Under the pieces are notes generated by a model. It saw only the letters and a list, made by a program, of their open reading frames with translations. It was not told the DNA's origin and searched no databases. Positions 44,868 through 55,907 of a stretch of DNA of 64,000 bases are shown in pieces; positions within the stretch are counted from its first letter, which is position 1; each line of letters starts with the position of its first letter. The DNA lies in the NCBI GenBank assembly GCA_963810095.1, contig CAWEMM010000006.1, forward strand, positions 128,001 through 192,000, in the 5' to 3' direction. This DNA is from an uncultured Chloroflexia bacterium (GTDB lineage: Bacteria > Chloroflexota > Anaerolineae > CG2-30-64-16). A program made the position numbers and the translations under genes.

Positions 44868-47800
44868 TCAGGGCTTGACGATGTCCCAGAACGGGATGTT
44901 GGCCCACAGGCGGGCATTCTTGCTGTCTGCCGACGTGCCCGGCGTGAAGGTCGAGCTGTCGCCGCCGCTGTTGAAGGAGGCAGATTGCTGTTGGGCAGTC
45001 TGCATTGCCTTCGTGTTCGTGCCGCACAGCGCGCTTTCCCACTGGACAAACATGCCGCTTCCACCGGCCGGCACGCTGCCAAACGCCGAGGCGTTGAGTT
45101 CAGCGGCCAGCAGCTGCTGGAGGAGCTGCATGCGCGACTGGTCGATCGAGCTGCGCTTGGCGCCCGTCGAGAGCTTGGCGATGTCGGCCCAGAAGCCGCC
45201 CATCAGCTCATTCTGGCCAGCGAGCATCTGGCTGTCGACTGGGCGACCACAGATTAGCTGGTCGCCGATGCCCGTCGTCGCTACCACGCCGGGGAAGGTG
45301 TGCCCGTACTTGGTTCCACCGTCCCACGCGATCTGGGCCAGTTGCGGATGCGTGGCCCAGAAGCCTTGAGTGCGGGTGGCGCCGTTACCGGTGTTCTCAA
45401 ACGTGCACGTGACCGTGTCGCCGTTCTTCAGGCTGATCGTGGCGATCTGGGTGTTCAGGTCGCCGACGCCAGTGCTGCCACCCGAGCCCGTAACCACGCA
45501 GTTGTACGGGGTATTGGGATCGGTGGAGCCGCCGATGCCGGTCAGCGTCCAGCCGAGCTGCGTGCCTTCCTTGACCGTGTAGGCGCCGGCGTTCAACGTC
45601 TGAGTGTTCTTGTTGCCGCCGTTCGTCGTCGCGCCGGTCAGGGTGAAGCCGTTGTAGCCCGAGCCGGATGTCGTAAAGGCGAAGCTGCCCTGAGCGGGTT
45701 TCGCGTTCTTGATCACGATGATCGTGCCCGGCTGGTCGTTGTTCGTGATCGTGCAGGTCACGTTCTCGTCCTTGCCAACCTGGACGGACCCGTTGTTGAA
45801 CGTCGGTACAACCGTTCCGGCCGCGCCCGTGCAGGACCACGTGCCTTCGGTGTAGCCGTAGACATCGCTCTCCTTAAGCGTGTAGCTGCCGGTGACGACC
45901 GTGATCGTCTGGCTCGTGTAGGTCGTGGTCGTCCCGTTCGCCACGCCGGAATCGAAGGTCAGGCTGCCGGCATTGGTGTTGAGGCCAAAAGCGCTCACCG
46001 TGGCCGTGCCGCCGTTATCGTTCACGACCTTCTTGACGATCGTCAGCGTGCCGCGGTCACGAGTGATCGAGTTGCCGACGGTGATGCTGAACGTGCCACC
46101 CTTGGTGTCGATCGTGACTGACGCCGGGCTGTAGCTGATCGTGCCCCAGGTGTAGCCCGGGATGACCGCCGGCGCGACTTCCGTGACCGTGCAGGTATTG
46201 CCGGTCGGGATGCCGTTGACCGTGGCCGGGCTGCCCGGTGCGACCGACACGGAGCCGGTGTAGCCGGTCCCGCAGTCATAGTTGACCGTGAAGCTGGCCG
46301 GAACGCTCGCGCCATCCGGGTTGCTCAGGGTCTTGAGGACCTTCAGCGAGCCCGTGTCGCGCGTCAGGGTATTGTTGGTCGTCACCGTGACGCTCGAGCC
46401 GTTACCGGACGGAATGGTGACCGTGTCGGACGGGCTGAAGGCCGGCGTGCCGAAGCTGTAGCCGGTCGGCGCTGCCGGCAGGGTCTCGCTCACGGTGCAG
46501 GACGTTCCGGTCGGGATGCCTGACACTGTCTGCGAGCCGCCCGCAGCAACCGAAACGCTGCCCGTGTAACCCGTACCGCAGTCATAGTTGATCGTGAACG
46601 GGCCGGTGTAGCCCGCAGGGCCGCCGGTCAGGCTCTTGGCCAGCACCAGGCTGCCGGTGTCGCGGGTGATCGAGTTCGCAACGGTCAGCTGGAATGTGCT
46701 CGTCGTGTCGGCGATCACGACCGAGGCCGGCGTGACGGTCGGCGTGCCCCACGTGTAGCCGGCGATCGGCGCCAGGGCCGCTTCGCTGACCGTGCAGGTA
46801 TTGCCGGTCGGGATGCCGCTGACGCGTCTGCGAGCCGCCCGCAGCGACCGAAACGCTGCCGGTGTAACCCGTGCCACAGTCATAGTTGATCGTGAACGAC
46901 GCCGGAACGCTCGCGCCGTCCGGGTTGCTCAGGGTCTTGGCGATCTTGAGCGCGCCGCGGTCGCGGGTGATCGAGTTCGCAACGGTCAGCTGGAACGTGC
47001 TCGTCGTATCGGCGATCACGACCGAGGCCGGTGAGACACTCGGCGTACCCCACGTGTAGCCGGCGATCGGCGCCAGGGCCGCTTCGCTGACGGTGCAAGT
47101 GTTGCCGGTCGGGATGCCGCTGACGGTCTGCGAGCCGCCCGCAGCGACCGAAACGCTGCCGGTGTAGCCCGTGCCACAGTCATAGTTGATCGTGAACGAA
47201 GCCGGAACGGTCGCGCCGTCCGGGTTGCTCAGGGTCTTGGCGATCTTGAGCGCGCCGCGGTCCCGGGTGATCGAGTTCGCAACGGTCAGTTGGAACGTGC
47301 TCGTCGTATCGGCGATCACGACCGAGGCCGGTGAGACGCTCGGTGCGCCCCACGTGTAGCCGGCGATCGGCGCCAGGGCCGCTTCGCTGACTGTGCAGGT
47401 GTTGCCAACGGGGATGCCGCTGACGGTCTGTGAGCCGCCCGCAGCGACCGCAACGTTACCGGTGTAGCCCGTGCCGCAGTCATAGTTGATCGTGAACGAA
47501 GCCGGGACGCTCGCGCCGTCAGGGTTGCTCAGGGTCTTCGCGATCTTGAGCGCGCCGAGCAACTGCGACAGCGAGTTGTTCGTCGTCACAGTGACGGTGG
47601 TGCCCTCGCCGATCGTCACCGTGCTTGCAGGACTGAACGTCGGTGTGCCGAACGTGTAGCCCGCCGGCGCGCTGGGCGGCGTCTCAGAGACCGTGCAGAC
47701 GGAACCAGACGGGATGCCGTTGATCGTCTGCGAGCTGCCTGCGCTGATCGTAACGGAACCTACGGTCCCGTCCGTGCAGCTGTAGTTGATGGTGAACGGG

Positions 47801-48984
47801 CCGGTGTAGCCGTTCGGGCCGCCGGTCAGGCTCTTGGCGAGCGTGAGATTGCCCGGCTGAACGACGACCGCGGCAGCCATCGACTTGTCGGTGTTGCCCA
47901 GGTTAGGCAAGCTGGGTCCCCAGCTAATGAGGCGCATGTGATACGGCGAGCCGCTAATCCCGCCTGCCGAGTTACAGGTGCCGTTGGTCGTGCCCCAGAC
48001 CGAACACTGCGAAATATGCCCAGCCCATGCCAGGACCGCGGTCGGATTGTCAGGGGTAAACGTTACGGAGATCTGCGTCTCGGACTGGTTCGCGGTCAGG
48101 CTGCCCTCCGATACATACGCGATCGCGCCAATCGTACCGCCGAAGAGGGTCATCACCCGTTCGGCTGCGGGCAGAGCGTTAAAGCTCGCCGTAGGCTGGC
48201 CCGCCACCGGCGAGCCTGCGGAGCTCGGGGCGGGGATGGGGAACGTGCTGGTGGTCGCCGAGAAGCCGGTCACCCCGTCGGTCGGGAACACGGTCTCGGC
48301 GGGGTGTCCGAAATAGGCGTGCGGCTCGAGGCGCTGATATTGCGTCAGGTAGTCGTAGGCGTTCGCTCCGCTGTTGCGGATGTCATAGCCGATGACCAAC
48401 GTGATCGGGTTGCCCGTGGGCAGGTTCGTCATCACCGCCCGGAACGGCGTCGAGTAACCTTCGAGCATGTGCGCCTGCGAAGCGCCAACGTTGCCGTTTA
48501 CCCAACCCGTGTTTCCGCCGAAGTCCTTACAGTCGTTCGGACTGGAAGCGCTGCCGTTGCGGCACTGGTCGAGATCGACGGATGCGGGAGCATCGGTGAA
48601 GGCCGTGGTCGCGCTGCCCGAGGTCGGGCCGGTCGCGGTCACATCGTAATCGGAAACGAAGTAACTGGGCAGTTGGAAGACATCACTGAGGGTGCCGTCC
48701 GCTGCCGCATTAACTGTCACGTCGCGCTGCCAGGTTTGCCCGATCGTGTCATTCGTGACGATACGGACTGCCTCGCCCGCTGCCCAGCCGGCGCCGGTTA
48801 AGGTCACGGTTGAGCCAGCGCTGTAATCCGCTTTATCGCTTGCGATCGAGGCCCCTGAGGGTGATGGCCCCGCGAAGACGGCCCCGCCGGGAAGCAGGGC
48901 GCCTAACACCATGACCAGAGTTATCAACATGTTCAGCCCGAACATGCGCGGACGCCTACCTGTACTGTTTCTTTCGAAACGCAT
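44868..48984 (-). CDS. Large secreted surface protein (~1,370 aa) with DUF5979/SpaA-like Ig repeats (frameshift at 46825)
   Basis: AGGAGG RBS; signal peptide; repeated GALKIAKTL...FTINYDC...GIPTGNTCTVSE...TVANS; prealbumin-like TLTIVKKVVNDNGG; C-terminal TQGFWATH domain. Confidence 0.8.
46661..47556. repeat. Three near-identical 300-bp intragenic tandem repeats
   Basis: Equivalent positions at 46661, 46962 and 47262 (periods 301 and 300). Confidence 0.9.
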
Positions 48985-49452
48985 CTGATCCCTCCTAAAC
49001 TCACTAAAAGGCTGCGGCTGCATCGATCGCTCTGTTCTGCCCGTGGTCACCAACTCTTGCATCATCATTCGAGTTCATCGGCGATTCTCATATCCTCACC
49101 CAGGGATCTTCGTATCCGCGCGCCCTGGTGCGCCACGACGGTTCGGTCGAAACCCTGCACGCTGTCGAGGCTGGCTGCATGCGAGGTAAGCCCGGCCGCG
49201 GAGTTTGGCCAGTCGACCCGCCCGCCTGCAATCGGACCCGGAGTACGCCCAAAGCGGTTCGCGGCGAGTGCGTAGCTCGCACCTCCTGTGAGCTACCCCC
49301 TAGCAGTTTCTGGACGCAATATCGTTTGGCCGGGTCCATAAAGGCGCGCTGGAAAGGCTCCAGCGCCGCCGTCAATCAGGATAGAGAGACTGAAGCCGCG
49401 AGGCAATACGTCTGGGGATGAGGTTCAGGATGATTTTTCGGCGGTGACGCGG

Positions 49453-50094
49453 TTAATACCCGGGTCCGTGTTGGCTGGCCCAGCCGACCAGATCCGACCG
49501 GCTCTTCATCCCCAGCTTCTCGAGGATGTGCGAGACATGGGTCTTGACGGTGTTTTCTGAAATGACCAGGCGGGCGGCGATTTCGCCGTTGTCCGCGCCA
49601 TGCACCAGCAGTCCGACGACTTCTTGTTCCCGTGGAGTTAAGCTCGCCTCGAACGCCGGTCGCATCTGGATCCCGCGCAGAATCTCGATGACCTTCGGCG
49701 TAGCAAGGTTGCAGAGCGCCGCGTGCCCCTGATGCACCTGCTGTATAACATCGAACAGGGAATCGGCGTCCGCATTCTTCATGACGTACCCTCTGGCCCC
49801 CGCCTGAATGGCCGCAACCAGGTCCGCGCTCTCTTCAGAGGCGGTGAGCACCACAACCCCGAGGTCGGGGCGGCAGGCAAGCAATTGCGGAATGACCTGG
49901 ATGCCCGATGTTTCCGGCATGCGCAGGTCGACGATGGCCACGTCGGGATTGGCGTCGGCTAACAGGGCCAGCGCCTCGCGACCAGATGCGGCCATCGCCA
50001 CGACCTTGAAGGCGGGCTCACTCTCCAAAAGGCTTGCCAGGCCCTGGCGGAACAGGCGATGATCGTCTACGATCAGGAGATTAATGCGCTCCAT
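49453..50094 (-). CDS. NarL/LuxR family response regulator
   Basis: MERINLLIVDDHRLFRQG...PDVAIVDLRMP...GYVMK...LTPREQEV...TVKTHVSHIL. Confidence 0.93.
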   Translation of the reverse strand: MERINLLIVDDHRLFRQGLASLLESEPAFKVVAMAASGREALALLADANPDVAIVDLRMPETSGIQVIPQLLACRPDLGVVVLTASEESADLVAAIQAGARGYVMKNADADSLFDVIQQVHQGHAALCNLATPKVIEILRGIQMRPAFEASLTPREQEVVGLLVHGADNGEIAARLVISENTVKTHVSHILEKLGMKSRSDLVGWASQHGPGY

Positions 50095-51935
50095 GGCTCC
50101 TCCTTGCGGCGCTGACCTTGCGTCGGCGCCGGAACAGTGACATCTACAGTCGTACCTTCGCCGGGGCGACTTATCAGTCGCAGTTCGCCCCCGATCGACT
50201 GCACGCGCTGGCGCATGATTCGCAGACCGAAGTGCTCGCCGGCGTCGTTCTGGGGTGGCAGACCCGCGCCGTCGTCCCGGACGCTCAATTCGACGGCAAC
50301 CGTCGATTGGCGCAGGGTGACGCAAACGTGCTCGGCCTGTGCGTGCCGGTGCGCGTTGTTGAGCGCCTCTTGGACGATCCTAAACAGCTGGCCCTGGATC
50401 TCAGGTGGGAGTTGGATTTCGGGCCCCAAATCGAGCGAAACTGCCAGGCCGGTGCGCCCCGTGAAGACTCGGCAGTAGTTCTGAAGCGACTGGGCGAGGT
50501 CGTCCCCTTCCTCTCGGCTGCCACTCAGGTCGAGAATCATCCTGCGCACTTCGTCGTACACTTCCTGGCTGCCCACGCGCAGTTCTTGAAGGGCCGCGTC
50601 GGCTCCAGGCACGTCGCCGCGGCTCAGCAGGCGCTGCACTTGCTGCACCTTGAAGTTGTAGAATGCCAGGGCTTGCGCTACGCCGTCATGCACCTCGCGC
50701 GCCAGGTGATTCCGCTCTTCAAGCACCGCCTGGCTTTCCAGGCGGCCAAATAACTGAGCGTTCCGGATCACCAGAGCCATCATGGTCGCGACGGTATCGA
50801 GGATGCTGGGATGCGGAAGGTGCACCGCGGAGTGCGACGCGAGAACGAGCACACCCAGCACCTGGTCCTCGCTCGCGATTGGCAATGACAGCACATAGGG
50901 CGCCGAGAGCGAGCTACCCGCTGCTCCAACGCCGGACGGCGCCCCCGGCATGCGCCCAGTCAGTGCCGTCAAGTTCGCTGCGTCTTCGAGCAGCGTAGCG
51001 CAGGCATCCGCGTTCGGCCAGGCCGCCGCGCACGACAGCCGCTGCTCCGGGCCCTCGTCGCTCAGCAGGTATACCGCCGCGGCCGCAAGCGGATGCTCGG
51101 CGGCAATATCGGCCAGGATGTGCTCAAAAGTTGGCACCAGACCGGTTTGTTCGGTGACGATATTCCGCTGCACCTGCCGAAGCAACTGGCGCTCGTGCGC
51201 ACGAGAGCTCGCCCGGTCGAGCGCCAGGGCCAGGCCGGCGGCCAGCGGCTCGAGCGTTTCGGCCACGTCCGGCGGCACGACGGAGCCCTGGGGCACGTAG
51301 ACAGCCATCATCACCCGTCGCGCCGCTTCATGTGACAGCGAAATGCAAAATGCCAACCGGCGGGGTTCGGCCACATCCGCGATCAGCGCGCGCAGCAGCG
51401 GGCAATCGGCCTGCAGATGACGCTCACTGTCCGACGGGGTGACGCAATCCGGTTGGTCCTGGCGCCTTGCCAGCCCGGCCTGGATGCACGTGACATCGCC
51501 TTCGCTAAAGCCCCTCGTACCGGCGAGGAGCCAAGGACGTCCCGGCCCATCCCGAATGATGAGGGCGGTTGCGGCGCTGGGCAGACCCGCGCGTTGCGGG
51601 ACCGAGAGCGCGATTTGCTGTAGTTCATCCAGGCTGCGCGCCGCGCCGCTTTGGCGGCTCACGTCGTAGAGCACCTTCAGCCGGGTCTCGGCGACGTCCC
51701 GCTCCGCCACCCGCCGCATGAGCCACGTGAGTGCGACGAAGATCAGCAGTGGGCCGACCATCGCGTAGAATATGAGTTCACCAACAAATGCCGCAGGGGG
51801 CACATGCTGATTTAGCAGGCCATGCTCTACTATTTCGTAGGCGATGCCGGCCAGAAAAGTAACCGGGGGAAGAACGCGCCGCAGTAAGCGGAGACGATTG
51901 AACAAGGAACTGGCCTGGCCTGGAACTTCTGCCAT
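50073..51935 (-). CDS. GAF-containing sensor histidine kinase (HisKA_3, NarX-like)
   Basis: Two N-terminal TM segments; ERNHLAREVHDGVAQ (H box), QEALNNAHRHA (N box), DDGAG, HFGLRIMRQR, PGEGT. Confidence 0.9.
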   Translation of the reverse strand: MAEVPGQASSLFNRLRLLRRVLPPVTFLAGIAYEIVEHGLLNQHVPPAAFVGELIFYAMVGPLLIFVALTWLMRRVAERDVAETRLKVLYDVSRQSGAARSLDELQQIALSVPQRAGLPSAATALIIRDGPGRPWLLAGTRGFSEGDVTCIQAGLARRQDQPDCVTPSDSERHLQADCPLLRALIADVAEPRRLAFCISLSHEAARRVMMAVYVPQGSVVPPDVAETLEPLAAGLALALDRASSRAHERQLLRQVQRNIVTEQTGLVPTFEHILADIAAEHPLAAAAVYLLSDEGPEQRLSCAAAWPNADACATLLEDAANLTALTGRMPGAPSGVGAAGSSLSAPYVLSLPIASEDQVLGVLVLASHSAVHLPHPSILDTVATMMALVIRNAQLFGRLESQAVLEERNHLAREVHDGVAQALAFYNFKVQQVQRLLSRGDVPGADAALQELRVGSQEVYDEVRRMILDLSGSREEGDDLAQSLQNYCRVFTGRTGLAVSLDLGPEIQLPPEIQGQLFRIVQEALNNAHRHAQAEHVCVTLRQSTVAVELSVRDDGAGLPPQNDAGEHFGLRIMRQRVQSIGGELRLISRPGEGTTVDVTVPAPTQGQRRKEEPWSALIS

Positions 51936-52277
51936 TCAACCCCGTCCAACTCAGACGCAAATTCGATTGCAATGAGGCATGATTTTGCGCGTAGGAAAAT
52001 CAGAATCAGTACACTCTTTCATACACCGTTTTCACCCGGCACTGCGTAGTCTTAGTCACAGAATGAAGCTTTGGATGCCCGTACTTGTCGTCACGAGCGG
52101 GCAAGCAACCGGGTTGCGTCGCGCCCGCGCTAGCCGGTTCGCCTCGTGCCTGCAGCTGTCGTCTTCGAGAAGCGCAGACTCGCTGCCAGTTCGGGTAAAT
52201 CGCGCCTGCGACAGCACTGCTGTTACAATGTGGAGCGGTGCCCGTTGGCCCCGGGGCTCAGTGCGAGGTAAATCGCC

Positions 52278-53885
52278 ATGGAAGCATTCCTCTCAACCGA
52301 AACGCTGGTCATCGAGTTGCTCCTGATCGTATCGCTCGTGGCCATCGCGGTGCGCCGGCTGCGGGTGCCCTACACCGTCGCCCTCGTCCTCGTGGGCCTG
52401 CTGCTTACGACCCAGCAGCCGCTTGACCTGAGCTTCACCCCCGAGCTGATCCTCGCGCTGCTCGTCCCACCACTCGTCTTCGAGGCCGCGTTCCACATCA
52501 ACGTGCGAGAGTTGCAGCGCAACTTGCGGGGCATCCTCCTGCTGACTGTGCCGGGGGTCATCATCACCACGGTCATGGTCGGCTATATCGTGGGCTGGCT
52601 GACGCCGTTGGGCCTGCCGCTGGCGTTTGTGTTCGGGGCGCTGATTTCGGCGACGGACCCGGTGGCGGTGGTGGCGCTTTTCAGGGCGCTTAGCGCGCCC
52701 CGGCGGCTGGCGCTGGTGGTAGAGGCCGAGAGCCTCTTCAACGACGGAACGGCGATCGTCGTCTTTAACCTGGCGATTGCCGCAGCCCTCACGAGCCGAT
52801 TCGATGCACTGGCAGGCGTGGGCCAGTTCCTGCTCGTCGCCGCCGGCGGCCTGAGCATCGGGTTCGTGATCGGTTACCTGATCAGCCGGCTGATCTACCG
52901 CATCGACGACTACCTGATCGAGACCACGCTGACCACGATTGTGGCGTATGGATCCTATTTGCTCGCCGAGCGGCTGCACGTGAGCGGCGTCCTTGCCGTC
53001 GTCGCGGCCGGCCTGGTCGTTGGCAGCATCGGGCCGAAAGGCATGAGCCCGACTACCCGCATCGTCCTGTTCAACTTCTGGGAATACGTCGCCTTCCTCG
53101 CCAACTCGCTGATCTTCATCCTCGTCGGCCTGCAGGTCAGTATCCCGCTGCTGGTAACGTACTGGCAACCGGTGGTGGTCGCGATCCTGGCCGTGCTGGT
53201 CACCCGGGCGGTGGTGGTCTACGGGCTCGGCTGGGTGGGCAACCGGCTGGATCCCCGCTTCGGCGAGCCATTTCCGCAACGCTGGCTGCACGTGCTGAAC
53301 TGGAGCGGGCTGCGCGGCGCGATTGCGTTGGCCTTGGCGTTAAGCCTGCCGGCCGCACTTGGCGAGGGCCGCGAGCTGGTGCAGGTCATGGCGTTCGGGG
53401 TCGTCCTCTTCACCCTGGTCGTGCAGAGCATAACCATGCGCCCGCTGCTGCGGCGGCTCGGCCTTGTCGAGCGCGACCCCGTGCGCCTCGAGTACCAGAC
53501 GCGGCACGCGCGCATGACGGCCTTCCGGGCGGCCGCCCTGCACCTGGACGAGATGCACCGGGAGGGGTTGCTGTCGGAAAACACGTGGGAGGCGCTGCGC
53601 CCCCGGCTGGCGGCCCGGGTGGAACAGTTGGGGCTCGACGTGCGCGGGCTGCAGGCTGCGCACCCCGAGCTGGCGCAGGCGGAGCTCGCCGGCGCACAGC
53701 GCGAGCTGCTGCGGGCGCAGCGGGGCGCGCTCCAGTCGCTACAGCGAGACGGGGCGATTCCGGAAGACGTGTTCGAGGCGCTGGTGAGCGAGGTCGACGC
53801 CGCGCTCATCGCGAGCGTGCAAGCGGGCGAAGAGACGGAACCCGGCCCGGACGCGGTGGGTGAGACACAGTCCGACGATGCTTAA
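52278..53885 (+). CDS. Na+/H+ antiporter, CPA1 family
   Basis: ISATDPVAV, EAESLFNDG, HVSGVLAVV, FWE and GLRGAIALALAL motifs; many TM segments. Confidence 0.92.
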   Translation: MEAFLSTETLVIELLLIVSLVAIAVRRLRVPYTVALVLVGLLLTTQQPLDLSFTPELILALLVPPLVFEAAFHINVRELQRNLRGILLLTVPGVIITTVMVGYIVGWLTPLGLPLAFVFGALISATDPVAVVALFRALSAPRRLALVVEAESLFNDGTAIVVFNLAIAAALTSRFDALAGVGQFLLVAAGGLSIGFVIGYLISRLIYRIDDYLIETTLTTIVAYGSYLLAERLHVSGVLAVVAAGLVVGSIGPKGMSPTTRIVLFNFWEYVAFLANSLIFILVGLQVSIPLLVTYWQPVVVAILAVLVTRAVVVYGLGWVGNRLDPRFGEPFPQRWLHVLNWSGLRGAIALALALSLPAALGEGRELVQVMAFGVVLFTLVVQSITMRPLLRRLGLVERDPVRLEYQTRHARMTAFRAAALHLDEMHREGLLSENTWEALRPRLAARVEQLGLDVRGLQAAHPELAQAELAGAQRELLRAQRGALQSLQRDGAIPEDVFEALVSEVDAALIASVQAGEETEPGPDAVGETQSDDA

Positions 53886-53957
53886 GCAGGCGTGAGCCAA
53901 GCTGACAATCGCATCCTTCGACTGCATTCGGAGCGCCCGGCACCCTGACGGGCCGCA

Positions 53958-53986
53958 TTGACGCACGCGGTGCGGGCGGCTATACT
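53958..53986 (+). promoter_or_regulatory. Sigma70-type promoter of the ABC exporter gene
   Basis: TTGACG-17 nt-TATACT, 9 nt before the ATG. Confidence 0.6.
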
Positions 53987-53995
53987 GGCCGCGAC

Positions 53996-55816
53996 ATGAC
54001 CACTAGCACCGCATCCTCGCCGGGCGATCGCCGCTTGGGCGACGTTCCACTGCCCAACCGGGCGATGCTGACCGGCTACGCGCGGCTCCTACGCTTCGTG
54101 CGCCCGTACTGGCGCCAGCTTGCGTTGGCGGGCGTGATCCTGGTGCTGAACAGCCTGGCCAGCCTGGCGCTCCCACTCGTCATCCGCAGCGTCATCGACA
54201 GCGCGCTGGTCCAGGGCAACCTCCGCCTGCTCAACTTCGTCACCGTGCTGCTCCTGGTCCTCTTCGCGGTGCAGGCCGTGCTCGGCTTCGGCCAGTCGTA
54301 CCTGCTGGGCTGGACCGGCGAGCGGGTGGTGACTAACCTGCGCGAAGAGTTGTACGGCCACCTCCAGACTATGCCGCTGCGCTTCTTTGCGAACGCCCGC
54401 ATCGGCGAGCTGCTCTCCCGCTTGACCAACGACGTAACGACGATCCAGACCGCGGTCACCGACACGCTGCTGTCGCTGCTCTCGAACACGGTCATGCTGG
54501 TGGGCGGCATCATCATCATGTTTGTCATGGCCTGGCGACTGACCGTCGTCATGTTGGCCGTGGTGCCACTCGCGGTGATCGGCATGATCTTCCTCGGCCG
54601 CATCGTGCGGCGGCTGAGCAAGCAGGTGCAGGAGGCGCTGGCAGAATCCAGCGCGACTGCCGAGGAAGCCCTGGCCGGGGTTCGGATCGTCAAATCGTTC
54701 GCGCGCGAGCCCTACGAGATCGATCGCTACGGCGCCGCAGTGGAGAAGCTCTTCAAGATCTCCATCGCCCGTGTGCGGCTGGGCGCTATCCTCGGGCCTA
54801 TCATCGGGTTCATCGCCTTCAGCGCGATTGCTCTGGTGCTCTATGTCGGGAGCCGGGAAGTGATCGCCGGGCGGGTGACGCCGGGCCAGCTCGTCGCCTT
54901 CCTGATCTATACCATCATGGTCGCCTCGCCGATGGCCAGCTTCACCGGGCTGTACAGCCAGCTTCAGCGTGCGCTGGGTGCGAGCGAGCGTGTCTTCGAA
55001 CTGTTGGAGTCGCCGCCCGAGATGCAGGACGTGGCCGGCGCCGTGGAGCTGCCGCCCGTGCGCGGAGAAGTCTGCTTCGACCGCGTGACGTTTGACTATG
55101 CCGACGCCACGGAGCCGCGCGAGGTGTTGCGCGAGGTCAATCTTGCCGTGGCGCCGGGCCAGGTGATTGCGCTGGTCGGTCCCAGCGGCGCGGGGAAGAC
55201 GACGCTCGTGCACCTGATCCCGCGGTTCTATGACGTGACCGAGGGGCAAATCACCGTCGACGGCTACGATGTGCGCGGGGTGACGATGCGTAGCCTGCGC
55301 GAGCAGGTCGGGATCGTTCCGCAGGAGACCGCCCTGTTCAGCGGCAGCGTGGGCGACAACATCCGGTATGGGAAGCTCGAAGCCACGCAGCACGAGCTGG
55401 AAGCGGCGGCGCGGGCGGCCAATGCGCACGACTTCATCACCGCGCTCCCGCAGGGATATGACACCCTCGTGGGCGAACGGGGGGTGAAGCTGAGCGGCGG
55501 GCAGCGGCAGCGGGTGGCCATCGCGCGGGCCCTGCTGAAGGACCCGCGCATCCTGATCCTCGACGAAGCAACCTCTGCCCTCGACAGCGAGTCAGAACAG
55601 GCCGTGCAGGAGGCGCTCGAGCGGTTCATGCGCGACCGGACGACCTTCGTCATCGCACACCGCCTGAGCACCATCACCAATGCCGACTGGATTGTTGTGC
55701 TGGACGGCGGCCGGGTGGCCGAGCAAGGGACCCACGAGGCCCTGCTGGCGCAGGAGGGCGGGCTGTACCGCCGGATGTACGCCCTGCAGTTCAAGCTTGA
55801 TGCAGAGACTGAATAA
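53996..55816 (+). CDS. ABC exporter, fused permease/ATPase (MsbA-like)
   Basis: TM domain; GPSGAGKT, LSGGQRQR, LILDEATSALD and IAHRLST motifs. Confidence 0.95.
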   Translation: MTTSTASSPGDRRLGDVPLPNRAMLTGYARLLRFVRPYWRQLALAGVILVLNSLASLALPLVIRSVIDSALVQGNLRLLNFVTVLLLVLFAVQAVLGFGQSYLLGWTGERVVTNLREELYGHLQTMPLRFFANARIGELLSRLTNDVTTIQTAVTDTLLSLLSNTVMLVGGIIIMFVMAWRLTVVMLAVVPLAVIGMIFLGRIVRRLSKQVQEALAESSATAEEALAGVRIVKSFAREPYEIDRYGAAVEKLFKISIARVRLGAILGPIIGFIAFSAIALVLYVGSREVIAGRVTPGQLVAFLIYTIMVASPMASFTGLYSQLQRALGASERVFELLESPPEMQDVAGAVELPPVRGEVCFDRVTFDYADATEPREVLREVNLAVAPGQVIALVGPSGAGKTTLVHLIPRFYDVTEGQITVDGYDVRGVTMRSLREQVGIVPQETALFSGSVGDNIRYGKLEATQHELEAAARAANAHDFITALPQGYDTLVGERGVKLSGGQRQRVAIARALLKDPRILILDEATSALDSESEQAVQEALERFMRDRTTFVIAHRLSTITNADWIVVLDGGRVAEQGTHEALLAQEGGLYRRMYALQFKLDAETE

Positions 55817-55846
55817 CACGAAGTCACGGCGACACAAAGGGACTCA

Positions 55847-55880
55847 AGACACCTGGTTTCTGCGCAGAAACCAGGTGTCT
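55847..55880. repeat. Perfect 34-bp palindrome
   Basis: AGACACCTGGTTTCTGC-GCAGAAACCAGGTGTCT. Confidence 0.85.
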
Positions 55881-55907
55881 CAGAGATTCCAGAAATGGGC
55901 TGGATGA

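Noticed and set aside
48990-49450. Possible c-di-GMP or other riboswitch upstream of the surface protein
   Set aside because: Hairpins exist but I could not match the consensus elements of a known aptamer.
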